Positions 10,861-20,300 of a DNA stretch of 64,000 nt are shown piece by piece. Positions within the stretch are counted from its first letter, which is position 1, and every line of letters begins with the position of its first letter. A program made the translations under genes and the position numbers. The notes below the pieces were generated by a model that saw nothing but the letters and a program-made list of their open reading frames with translations, was not told the DNA's origin and searched no databases. The stretch is from a virus, in the IMG/VR virus record IMGVR_UViG_3300045988_175328, positions 163,220-227,219 of that record; one strand, written 5' to 3'.

Positions 10861-10879
10861 TTAATAGAAAGAGATACCG

Positions 10880-11233
10880 TTGAGCTTACTTAGTTTTACC
10901 TTCGCAGAGATTCTATCCCTCGTCATTGGTTGTATCACTATTTGCGGTACAATCATTGGGGCCTACGACAAACGGATCTCTGTCTTACGAGACAATGAAA
11001 TACTTAAACTTCGTCTCGAATTAGAATCAGTTTATAAAGACAATCGACATACCGTCGAAATGAATACTGACGCTATCAATACATTAGCTCTCAGTATTAA
11101 TAAGCTTAATGAAGCCGTTGACTTAATGCAAGAAAAAATGGTTAATTTAACGGCTGAGCAAAGCGCAGTCAAAGAGTCTCTTAAAATTGCGCATAAACGT
11201 ATCACAGAGCTCCACGACTATCACCATCAATAA
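10880..11233 (+). CDS. membrane-anchored coiled-coil protein
   Basis: 117-aa ORF with TTG start and weak RBS; N-terminal hydrophobic helix followed by heptad-rich region. Confidence 0.5.
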   Translation: MSLLSFTFAEILSLVIGCITICGTIIGAYDKRISVLRDNEILKLRLELESVYKDNRHTVEMNTDAINTLALSINKLNEAVDLMQEKMVNLTAEQSAVKESLKIAHKRITELHDYHHQ

Positions 11234-11239
11234 TATTTC

Positions 11240-11273
11240 GGGCGGGATATTATCATATATCTCGCCCCTTTTT
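11240..11273 (+). terminator. intrinsic terminator
   Basis: stem gggcgggatat/atatctcgccc (one mismatch) followed by T run. Confidence 0.75.
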
Positions 11274-11293
11274 ACTAACAAAAAGGATTGTTA

Positions 11294-13666
11294 ATGTCAG
11301 AAAATATTAAAGATATTCGATTAGTTACTGCCGAAAAATATAAAGAGTTTACGACAGATAATATATCTGACGATAACATTGCATATCTTATCAATTCTGG
11401 TGAACTTCTTCTTAAAACAGAATTTGATACGTTCAAAGAAACAGTTCCGACAAAAGAACAAGTTTCTTCGACATATGCAGAAAAAACATCTTTAGCTCCT
11501 TACGAAACTAAAGAGAATGCCGAAGCTCTTTATTTAAAAAAGAGTGACGCAGAAACTACGTATTTGCAACCAAAAGATTTAGAAAATATTCCTAAAAAAT
11601 CTGACTTAAATCTATATCTTACAAAAGAATCGGCTTCTTCTGCTTACGCGACAAAAGAAGAAATAGGTACTTTTATTACGACAGAAACTGCAGAGAGAGC
11701 TTTTCTAAAAAAAGAAACTGCCGATTCTACGTATGCAGCAAAATCTGAAATTCCAGATGTAAGCTCTTTTCTTACAAGTAAAACGGCAGAAGAAACATAC
11801 GCTAAAAAAGATCAGCTCAATAATTTATTAACGACAGATGTCGCTGACTCTACGTATTTAAAACAAGACACTGCGTCTTCTACATATGCATTAAAATCAG
11901 AGATTCCGGCTTTAGATCCGTATGTAACAAAAGATTCAGCGAACTCTACATATGCCTTAAAAACAGATCTTAACAATATACCGACAGAAGCATCTATTTC
12001 TGAAACATACGTAAAGAAAACAGATCTTAACCTCGATACATATGTAACGAAAGATACAGCGTCTTCTACTTACGCGACAAAAGAAGAGTTAACTCCTCTT
12101 TTAAGATCTGCTTCTGCCGAAGAAACGTACCTTAAAAAAGCTGACCTTAATCTTGATCCATACTTAACTAAAGATACGGCTTCTTCCTCTTATGCGACTA
12201 AAAATGAAATCGCTAATTTCTTAACGGAAACATCTGCCGATTCTTCTTATGCTAAGAAAGAAGAGTTAACTCCTCTTTTAACAACAGCCGCTGCCGAAGA
12301 AACATATCTTAAGAAGAATGATGTTCATCTCGATACATATCTTACAAAAGATACAGCATCTTCAACTTATGCATTAAAAACAGATCTTACTCCATTTGTG
12401 ACAACTGAATCTATTGAAGCTACTTATTTAAAGAAATCTGATAGCGAAAATTTCTTAACTAAGAATATTGCTTCTTCTACATACTTAAGTAAAACTGATG
12501 CTGAGTCTCTTTACATTCCTAAAACAGAAGAACAATCTTTCTTAAAAACAGAAACTGCAGATTCTGTATATTTAACTAAAAATGATGCAGAGTCTACTTA
12601 TATGAAAAAAGGATCGGCGCTAACTGAAGAAGAAGCGAATTCTCTTTTCGCCAAAAAATCAGAAATCCCGACTGGTTATGCTGCGCAATCAGAAGTAGAA
12701 TCGACATACTTAAAAAAATCTGATGCAGAGTCCACGTATTTAAAGACAGCAACGGCTGCTTCTACGTACGCATTAAAATCTCAGATTCCTTCTGCCGATA
12801 CGTTCGTAACGAAAGAATCGGCTGAAAAAACATATTTAAAATCTGCTGATGCTGATACTAAGTATGCTTTAAAATCTGAGGTTGGTTCTTCTACAGCAAG
12901 CGGTTCTTTTACAAAAGAAATAGCCGATAACACATATTTATCGAAAGAGACTGCAGAATCTACATACTTAAAAACAGCAACAGCTGCTTCTACGTATGCG
13001 TTAAAATCTAGTATCCCTTCCTTATCTGATTATTTAACAAAAGATTCGGCGGCATCTACATATTTAACGACCGCAAAGGCCGATGAAGTTTATCAAAAAA
13101 AATCAGAATTAATTACTGCTCTTGATAACTATGTTACAAAAAAACTTGCGAACGAAACTTTTGTTACACAAGATTCTTTAAATAAACAAAAAGTTCTACT
13201 TCATTCTATAAAAGAAATTACTCCGCAAGGCGTTAAAGGTACTGCTAAGATTTCTTTTAATCGTACTGATAATATTGTTCAAGTAACATTTGGCGGTCTT
13301 TCTTGGGGCATGTTCAATGTTCTTCCATTTGATCAACTCAAGAAAACTCGTGAAGTAAATGGATATAAATGGTTCATGTTCACGAAAACAAGCAACAACC
13401 GAGATTACACTCATACTCATGTTGTTCCTGAAGGATATCGATCTGAAGGTTCCGTCATTACAACAATCTGTCTCGATAGCGGCGAACCGATCGGAACTAT
13501 GTATCTCGGCGGCAAAGATGATATGAATATTATTGTACTTCGTATTGCTAACGATAAAGTACAAAGTGCTCTTGACAAAGGATTCCGAGTATCCCCAGCA
13601 TTCTATCTTACTACCGATGCTCTTCCTCAAGAAACACGCGGTAATAAAATTCAGGTACCACAATAA
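11294..13666 (+). CDS. repeat-rich tail fibre protein
   Basis: 790 aa from ATG 11294 (track ORF starts at TTG 11288); many copies of a ~14-aa motif [ST]AxSTYAxK[ST][ED]L; non-repetitive C-terminal domain. Confidence 0.8.
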   Translation: MSENIKDIRLVTAEKYKEFTTDNISDDNIAYLINSGELLLKTEFDTFKETVPTKEQVSSTYAEKTSLAPYETKENAEALYLKKSDAETTYLQPKDLENIPKKSDLNLYLTKESASSAYATKEEIGTFITTETAERAFLKKETADSTYAAKSEIPDVSSFLTSKTAEETYAKKDQLNNLLTTDVADSTYLKQDTASSTYALKSEIPALDPYVTKDSANSTYALKTDLNNIPTEASISETYVKKTDLNLDTYVTKDTASSTYATKEELTPLLRSASAEETYLKKADLNLDPYLTKDTASSSYATKNEIANFLTETSADSSYAKKEELTPLLTTAAAEETYLKKNDVHLDTYLTKDTASSTYALKTDLTPFVTTESIEATYLKKSDSENFLTKNIASSTYLSKTDAESLYIPKTEEQSFLKTETADSVYLTKNDAESTYMKKGSALTEEEANSLFAKKSEIPTGYAAQSEVESTYLKKSDAESTYLKTATAASTYALKSQIPSADTFVTKESAEKTYLKSADADTKYALKSEVGSSTASGSFTKEIADNTYLSKETAESTYLKTATAASTYALKSSIPSLSDYLTKDSAASTYLTTAKADEVYQKKSELITALDNYVTKKLANETFVTQDSLNKQKVLLHSIKEITPQGVKGTAKISFNRTDNIVQVTFGGLSWGMFNVLPFDQLKKTREVNGYKWFMFTKTSNNRDYTHTHVVPEGYRSEGSVITTICLDSGEPIGTMYLGGKDDMNIIVLRIANDKVQSALDKGFRVSPAFYLTTDALPQETRGNKIQVPQ

Positions 13667-13926
13667 TGAAAAATCTTTTTAAAATGATGCTCTATGAAAA
13701 CGATCAGTTAAGCTACACACGAATCATTTCGTTCACTTTACTTTTACTGCTTGTATTCGTAACACTTTATCTTGTAATTTCTGATACGGCTTGGCAGCAT
13801 TATGAGACACTTGCCGGCATTGCTGGCGGCGGATCAACAGCTACACAAGTCGCGAATAAATTAATTAACAGTAAATACAATTCGGCAGTTGGATCTTACG
13901 AACAAAAAAGCGATCGAGAAATATGA
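13666..13926 (+). CDS. small membrane protein, possible holin
   Basis: 86-aa ORF with one strongly hydrophobic helix (FTLLLLLVFVTLYLVI); near amidase gene; function is inference. Confidence 0.5.
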   Translation: MKNLFKMMLYENDQLSYTRIISFTLLLLLVFVTLYLVISDTAWQHYETLAGIAGGGSTATQVANKLINSKYNSAVGSYEQKSDREI

Positions 13927-15131
13927 GAAAAATAAAAGCACCAAAATTAAAAATTAATGTGCTTTCCTCTGAAGACTTTAAGAGAGCGTCGACAAACGCT
14001 CTCTTTAAAGATAGCGAAGTATATATCCTCTCGAAGGACTCCATACTGGATCTTTACCGAGATTTAACTTCGCTCTCTCAAGGAAAGCAAACTAAATTAC
14101 ATCCGAAAAATACTTCGATTCTTTTATCGCCGAACGGCGAGATCGAAGCTAATATAGATTTATCTCCGTACTACACACGATCCGAAGCGTTAAAACAATT
14201 CGTATCACGTAGCGAACAGCCCGATAATAGCTACTATTCTAATTTAGTACGGGATTTCTTTAAAGCCGATAAGATTAAAGGCGCCGGTCTTATTAATGTG
14301 ACTCGGAATGAAGATGTTTACACCGTATCGTCTTCAATGCCGTTCTCGTTTGATAATAACCGCATCCATATTGGCGACGGTACTGGCGGTAATGCCGGTA
14401 CAACAATTGGCCATAACTCTTCGGCACAGCATTCTAATTCTGTAGCTCTTGGCTCCGATTCGGTTGCTACGCTTCCGAATGAAGTATCGGTTGGCAACTC
14501 TCAAACTAAACGTAAAATTACGAATGTCGATAAAGGTGTTGAACCAACTGATGTCGTAACGGTAGCTCAATTACAAGAAGCAATTAATACTGTTAAAAAT
14601 AATCTTACGAATATTGCTTCTCAGCTTTATCCGATCGGGGCTGTTTACATTACAGTACTTACTCATAACCCGACCGATCTTTTCGGTGGTCAGTGGGTTA
14701 AGCTTCCGGCCGGCAAAATGCTTATTAATGAAGGCGACGGATTTAATCTTAATGAAATCGGCGGCGAGAAAGAGCATGTATTAACTGAAGCCGAGATGCC
14801 AGGGCATGCACATGTATTAGATGGCAAAGGAAGAATTCAAACAAATACTGTTGAACTAAAGGGGAATATCTCTTATTCTCAATCTGGTGACAATGGAGGT
14901 GGCTTAGCTAAATATAGATCATCTAATGGTATTGTTAAAGTTGAATCTTATTACGGAGAACAGACAAGAAAAGGTGATAGTGGAGATTCTGCTATTAATC
15001 TTAATATTGATGCTTCTCACTCTCATATATTAGATTTGTCTTCTCTATCAATGCAACGAGCCGGCTCCTCTGTGGCTCATAACAATATGCCACCATATCT
15101 TGTCGTTAATATGTGGAAACGTGTCGGTTAA
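13923..15131 (+). CDS. tail fibre tip protein with tail-collar-like domain and HxH motifs
   Basis: 402 aa; YadA-like SVALGSDSVA...ITNV..G...TDVVTVAQL neck, then GGEKEHVLTEAEMPGHAHVL, SHSHIL, HNNMPPYLVVNMWKR typical of phage tail-collar/MdpB-like domains. Confidence 0.7.
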   Translation: MRKIKAPKLKINVLSSEDFKRASTNALFKDSEVYILSKDSILDLYRDLTSLSQGKQTKLHPKNTSILLSPNGEIEANIDLSPYYTRSEALKQFVSRSEQPDNSYYSNLVRDFFKADKIKGAGLINVTRNEDVYTVSSSMPFSFDNNRIHIGDGTGGNAGTTIGHNSSAQHSNSVALGSDSVATLPNEVSVGNSQTKRKITNVDKGVEPTDVVTVAQLQEAINTVKNNLTNIASQLYPIGAVYITVLTHNPTDLFGGQWVKLPAGKMLINEGDGFNLNEIGGEKEHVLTEAEMPGHAHVLDGKGRIQTNTVELKGNISYSQSGDNGGGLAKYRSSNGIVKVESYYGEQTRKGDSGDSAINLNIDASHSHILDLSSLSMQRAGSSVAHNNMPPYLVVNMWKRVG

Positions 15132-15148
15132 TACGAAAGGATTTCTTA

Positions 15149-15706
15149 ATGCAATTAACTAAAGATCAATTACTTAATACATGCGAAGAACAAGGCTATA
15201 ATAATACAAAGATTACTCTTCATTGGTCAGCCGGCCATTATGATCAGTTATTCGATGACTATCATCTTTGTATCGATGGTAATGGTAACTTCCATCAGAT
15301 GAAAGATTTTAGTGAAGTCGGCGCCCATTGCTATCGTGAGAATACGAATAACTTCGGCATCTCGGTATGCTCGAACTACAATTCCGGCCTCTACGAAAAC
15401 TCTCCGGGATATTTTACGTACGAACCAGGACCAGAACCTGTTAATTATAATCAACTCGAATCGCTTGCACATGCTGTAGCCGTATGCTGCGTTACTTGGG
15501 GATTACCGTTATCGCAAGTATTTACTCACGGCGAACGTTGTTTAATTCGTCAAGACCTCTACGACTACGAAACAGAACGTTGGGATCTCGATATCCTCGT
15601 TCCAGAATGTCACGTACGCAAGACATCGCCAACGACAACATCTGGTGGCGACTGGATTCGTAACCGAGCACGAGAACTTGCTAAGAGCTGGGGGACGGAG
15701 CTCTAA
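15149..15706 (+). CDS. N-acetylmuramoyl-L-alanine amidase, T7-lysozyme/PGRP (Amidase_2) type
   Basis: 185 aa from ATG 15149 (GAAAGGA RBS); ITLHWSAGHY, VGAHCYRENTNNFGISV and FTHGE align with T7 lysozyme IFVHCSAT, VGSHAKGYNHNSIGV, AHHEV. Confidence 0.75.
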   Translation: MQLTKDQLLNTCEEQGYNNTKITLHWSAGHYDQLFDDYHLCIDGNGNFHQMKDFSEVGAHCYRENTNNFGISVCSNYNSGLYENSPGYFTYEPGPEPVNYNQLESLAHAVAVCCVTWGLPLSQVFTHGERCLIRQDLYDYETERWDLDILVPECHVRKTSPTTTSGGDWIRNRARELAKSWGTEL

Positions 15707-16671
15707 TGGCTCTTAACGATTACGAGTTCTCGGTACGAGAAACCGAGCCAAAACGTGCCGAGATGCTCAATCGTCTTAAAAACGAAATCGGAGAATTAAC
15801 AAAAGATACAATTATTAATACTAATGAAGATACTCCCGATACTCAGTTTAATGACGATAAGGCATTATCGGCGGCGCTGGCCTTCTCGAAATTCCCGACA
15901 AAAGAAAAATTAAACAATGAATACTATAATAAGCCGGCGGTCGATAATTTAATTAATCAGATCCTTGCAAATAAACTCCCAGAATTAAAGGCTCTTTTTA
16001 TGGAGGAGCTAAATAAGCATCGACATGCCGACCCGATCGATCATCCCGATATCCCGGGATCGAAGATCATCGATCATTCGATCACGCGTGATAAGCTTGC
16101 ATTCCAAATCTCGTTCGAGAATTCATGGCCTATCGGATCGATCTATATGACGACGGTCGATACTAACCCAGCAACTCTCTTCGGATTCGGTACGTGGACG
16201 AAAATCCCAGCCGGCAAAGTTCTCCTTTCCGAAGGTAATGATATGGGTACGATTTACACTAACGGTGAAACCGGCGGATCTAAAGAGATCTCGATCGACA
16301 AATCTTTCGTTCCGTATCACACGCACACAATGCAAGATGGAAGTGGAGCTCATACGCACACCGGTAAGGTATCGAATAACGGCGATCATTTCCACGGATT
16401 CCAAGGCGAACATTGGGAATCATATGCGCGTTTTGGAACATATGATAATAGTGAACGTGGCTATGGGTCTGCCGGAGGTATTGATAACGACAATCTTGTC
16501 TACAAAACAACAACAGATGGCGCCCATACTCATACCCTTCAAATCGACCCGTCGACAGGATCTCATATCCACACAATTAATCCGGCCGGAACTCAAACAC
16601 AAGACGTAGTCGAAAAACACTCAATAATACAACCATATATCGTTTGCTATATGTGGAAACGCACTGCATAG
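15706..16671 (+). CDS. tail fibre tip protein with tail-collar-like domain and multiple HxH motifs
   Basis: 321 aa; GGSKEISIDKSFVPYHTHT, AHTHT, DHFHG, AHTHTL, SHIHT, C-terminal IIQPYIVCYMWKR; paralogue of 13923 product C-terminus. Confidence 0.7.
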   Translation: MALNDYEFSVRETEPKRAEMLNRLKNEIGELTKDTIINTNEDTPDTQFNDDKALSAALAFSKFPTKEKLNNEYYNKPAVDNLINQILANKLPELKALFMEELNKHRHADPIDHPDIPGSKIIDHSITRDKLAFQISFENSWPIGSIYMTTVDTNPATLFGFGTWTKIPAGKVLLSEGNDMGTIYTNGETGGSKEISIDKSFVPYHTHTMQDGSGAHTHTGKVSNNGDHFHGFQGEHWESYARFGTYDNSERGYGSAGGIDNDNLVYKTTTDGAHTHTLQIDPSTGSHIHTINPAGTQTQDVVEKHSIIQPYIVCYMWKRTA

Positions 16672-16682
16672 TATATCTTAAT

Positions 16683-16724
16683 CCTCCCTTACTTCTTAAC
16701 TGGAGTAAGGGAGGTATTTTTTTT
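16683..16724 (+). terminator. strong intrinsic terminator ending the virion module
   Basis: 11-bp stem cctcccttact/agtaagggagg then T8. Confidence 0.9.
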
Positions 16725-16983
16725 ATTAGTGTTAGGTGGGGTCTAGTGACGGTTCTTTTAATAAGGAAAGAAAATGAGTATAAATATATATAAGATGGAG
16801 AGTACAGGCTGGCCGACATTTATGTCGATCAGTTAAGTGGAAGTGTAGTTAGAATGGGGGTTGTTGGGTCTTAAAATGGAAATAATAAAATAAAGAGAAA
16901 AATAGCAAAACATATTCTGACTGAAATTTAGGAATAGTAATAAGAGTAATTTGTTTTGGTCGAAGTATTGTTTGCGAGACGGA

Positions 16984-17185
16984 AATAAATAAATGAATTT
17001 TGATGACATAGGTCGAGTTAGCTGTGTAGGTCGATAGACGTGTTTTATACGTAAGCCAGATTTTGTGAAAAATTTAAAAATAAATAAGAAAATAAATAAA
17101 TGCTGATTTGTTGTGGTAGGTCAAGTTAGATGCGTAGGTTGACAGGCGTGTTCTGTAAGTGAACTAGAATTTTGTAGAGAATTTG
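16984..17185 (+). repeat. two ~90-nt direct repeats upstream of the RNAP gene
   Basis: aaataaataaatg..taggtcgagttagctgtgtaggtcgatagacgtgtt (16984-17075) vs aaataaataaatg..taggtcaagttagatgcgtaggttgacaggcgtgtt (17091-17185). Confidence 0.7.
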
Positions 17186-17310
17186 GAGGGGGAAGTGTTT
17201 TATGAAGATATTAGAGTGCTGAGAAATCATGCCCCCGGGTGCTTGATTCTCGGAACTCTCACTACTTTTGCGCCATATAGTAGCCAGGCGCATTTCTAAA
17301 TGTGGTTACG

Positions 17311-17347
17311 ACGAGCCTTTCTGACTGGAGCTCGTTTCAATCCAGTC
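17311..17347 (+). promoter_or_regulatory. possible H-type pseudoknot in RNAP 5' leader
   Basis: stem acgagc(17311-16)/gctcgt(17330-35); loop gactgga(17323-29) complementary to tccagtc(17341-47), about 15 nt before the RBS. Confidence 0.3.
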
Positions 17348-17375
17348 GAATTTGTTCAGAAAAGGAGAAATTATC

Positions 17376-20300
17376 ATGAACAAACAAAACATTCAAAACA
17401 ACAAAAATTTAAAAGCTGTCGTATTGGCAGCAGTAGATGCAGCAGTAGCTGCTGATGTGCGCGTGGTTAATACCACTGCGGCGGTAACAACCGCAGAAGC
17501 AGTAGTTACTGAAACTGCAGAAACACTTGCGCGCGCAGCGGTACAGTTTCAAACATTTATCAACAATTTTGTAGTAGAAGGAGGCGAGTATCGTAGCTTC
17601 ATGGGCATTCTATCTGATGTAGGATTTACACATCCAGATCTTGTTAAATGGGTGCGTAAACAAAAATGGACAGAAGCAATGTCTATTTGGAGAGAGGGTC
17701 AAGGATACACACGTAATTCTTTCCTTTGTGATGAAGACTGGAATACATTCCTCGAATTACGGGAAGCCCTCCTTCAAGCGCGCAATGCGTACAAAAACGC
17801 AAAACGTAAATTAGCTAGAAAAGAAGTCGCATTAAAAGCAGCAAAAAAAGAGGCAGCAAAAGCCTTATTAGCAGAGAAATCTGCAAACAAACAATGGAAA
17901 AAGGCGAGAAAGGATGCGAAAGAAGCAAGAGCTACTGAAGCAGCAGTAGCAGTCGAAGAGGCTCGATTAGAAAAAGCACGAAAACGTGCTGAAAAAGTGG
18001 GTCCGAAGGAACCGCCAAAACAAAGAGTGGCCGTAGCTGTTGCTGGTCTTGAGTCCATGTTAGAATGGATCGAATCTAGAAAGGTAGCTGTTACTAAAAC
18101 AGTTGTATTAGAAAATACAGCTAAATTAGTAACAGAAGCTAACGCAGCTGTTGAGTACGGTTATATGGATGCTAGAACTGGAGAATTTGTTTCTACAGAA
18201 GGAACAAAAGAGTTCTCTGGTGCTAGATTCAAAACTGGTGCTATCAACATTGCCGATAAAAATACTGCTAAAGCAACAGCAAAAGCCAACGCTACTGCTA
18301 ATGGTAAAGATTTAGATGGAGACGTCATAAATCGCTTCGTTAAACCTAGAAATATCCTTGATGGATTCAAACTTAAATTGCAAATGTTTGGATCTAAAGT
18401 ACGTGTGCGTAACGTACTTAAAGGTAATCGTAAAGGTTTTAAAGCTGTAATGGGACCAAAAGCACAAGTTGCTATTAAGTCCATTATCGTTGACGGTAGC
18501 GACGTAATGGCTAATGGTGAAGGTGTAAAAGCTATGGCAGTAGCAACTACATCCTCCATTAGCTATATTGTACGTACAGCAATTCGTCTTGGCGAAGAAA
18601 AAGGATGGGCTGAAGAGCTTGTTCTTAGAAATTCTTCTATTAAGACTGGCTATATGGATGGCAACATCGGTATCAACTCTCATAGAGAGATGACATCGAT
18701 GGAAGCCGATTTAACATATATGACTGCAGAAGTATCTGCTAATTATGTGTTGAATGGCTTAATCTCCATTCATATCGATAAAGAGGATGAGGAAGGCGTA
18801 TCCTTCACAAAGGGCATTCGTCAAGCAGAATTCATTATCGTTGATGGAATTAAATACATTCCGTTAATGGTTGAGTCTGTTGCGAAGACTCGTCTATACG
18901 ATACAGTATGGACAGCTGAGCATCTGGCTAACCAATGGCGCGAAGTGCTTCGTGTAGCGACAGGAGGAATCTCTGACAGTATTACTCTAATGAAAGAGTT
19001 AACTAAAGCTCTTAAATTGAGAAGCCGTTTGGGAATGGGGTTCTCTCCTAGCTATGAGTTCGAAATCGATCTTGCACGTTGGGGCGTTGTGTATCTTGAC
19101 GCTTCTATCGATGCAATCGACGGACAAGCTTACGGAAGCAGAGCTATGATGGAAGAGCTTCTTGAACTAGCTGGCGTGAACTCATGGCAAGTTCGCACGA
19201 ATACAGGTAAAGGACAACTCGTTCCAATGAAAAGAATGAAACGTCTACTTGCTGTATTGTGCGAACAATACGGTCTTGAACTCGTTTACGTTTCTGACGT
19301 TGACGAAGTTCAAGCAGCTATTGATGCAGCAAGAGCTGAAGGTAAAAGAGTAGCCGTTGTTGTTGGTAACGCCGAACATATTGGCATGATCGGCGATATG
19401 AATTTCTTTAAAGGAATTCCGACTATCAATGATGGTGGCATTGTTCGTCTAAGCGTCTTGAGAAATCTTGCACCAACAGGCAACGGCTCTCACTTCGCTT
19501 ACCAGGCAGCAGTGGGTGCTTTATGCTCTTACGAATGGGATAATAAAGACCGTTTCGTAAAAGCATTGGCTATGCAAGCCGTTGAAAAATTCACAGAAGC
19601 TTTCAATGGCTGTGCTGTTAATAAATCTGTAACTGATTTGTTTGCAGCATTAGTTGGAGTAAAAGGATTGGCTGGCGAAGCTGATATCATCAGCGAATTA
19701 GCCAACGGTGCATTTACTCCAGCTATGTATGGCATTAAAGAGCTTTCCTATGCGTTAAGAAACGAGCAACAAGTTGTTCGTGGTAGTGCATGGAAAGTTT
19801 CTTGCCCAGGCATGAAGGACGAGCTATTTAACGAAGCTATTCTTGAAGGAGCTGGCCTACTTGTTGTAGAAGGAATTGTTTCTAATAACAATCCTTTACT
19901 AAAACAAGGCGATTGGGTGATGGCATTGAGATACCCACATTCCAATGGGTTCTCTTTCGTTAAAATCAGACTTGTAACAGTATCTGAAGCTATCGAAAGA
20001 GTGAACAACTCTTCCGCGTTTGCGGCTCAAAAAGCTGTCATGATCGATGAGCTATTATCCCTTGGTGATAATAACATCATGGTAGACAGCAGCCGTGAGG
20101 TATTGGAAGCATTAGCTGGTATGGATTTTGATGGAGACGTGATCTCTGTCTTAAATCCAGAAGAAGCAGAGTTGCTTTTGCCAATGGATGAGCTACGTAC
20201 AGTCATTGCTCCGATCGTAACGAAAGCTCAAGAAAAAGAGCTTGTTGTTACAGGAAACTTTGAAGATACAATGCAACATCTTCAAAGCGAGATGGCAGCT

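Noticed and set aside
16123-16620. Five overlapping ORFs (both strands) inside 15706..16671
   Set aside because: They are embedded in the tail-collar fibre gene, whose product has clear family motifs.
17352-17375. Upstream TTG/GTG/ATG starts given by the ORF track for about 20 genes (for example 17352, 15113, 22768, 26264, 27321, 28397, 39849, 42061, 51960, 53633)
   Set aside because: In each case an internal ATG lies 5-9 nt after a strong GGAGG-type RBS and removes an overlap with the previous gene or leader hairpin. I annotated the downstream start instead.
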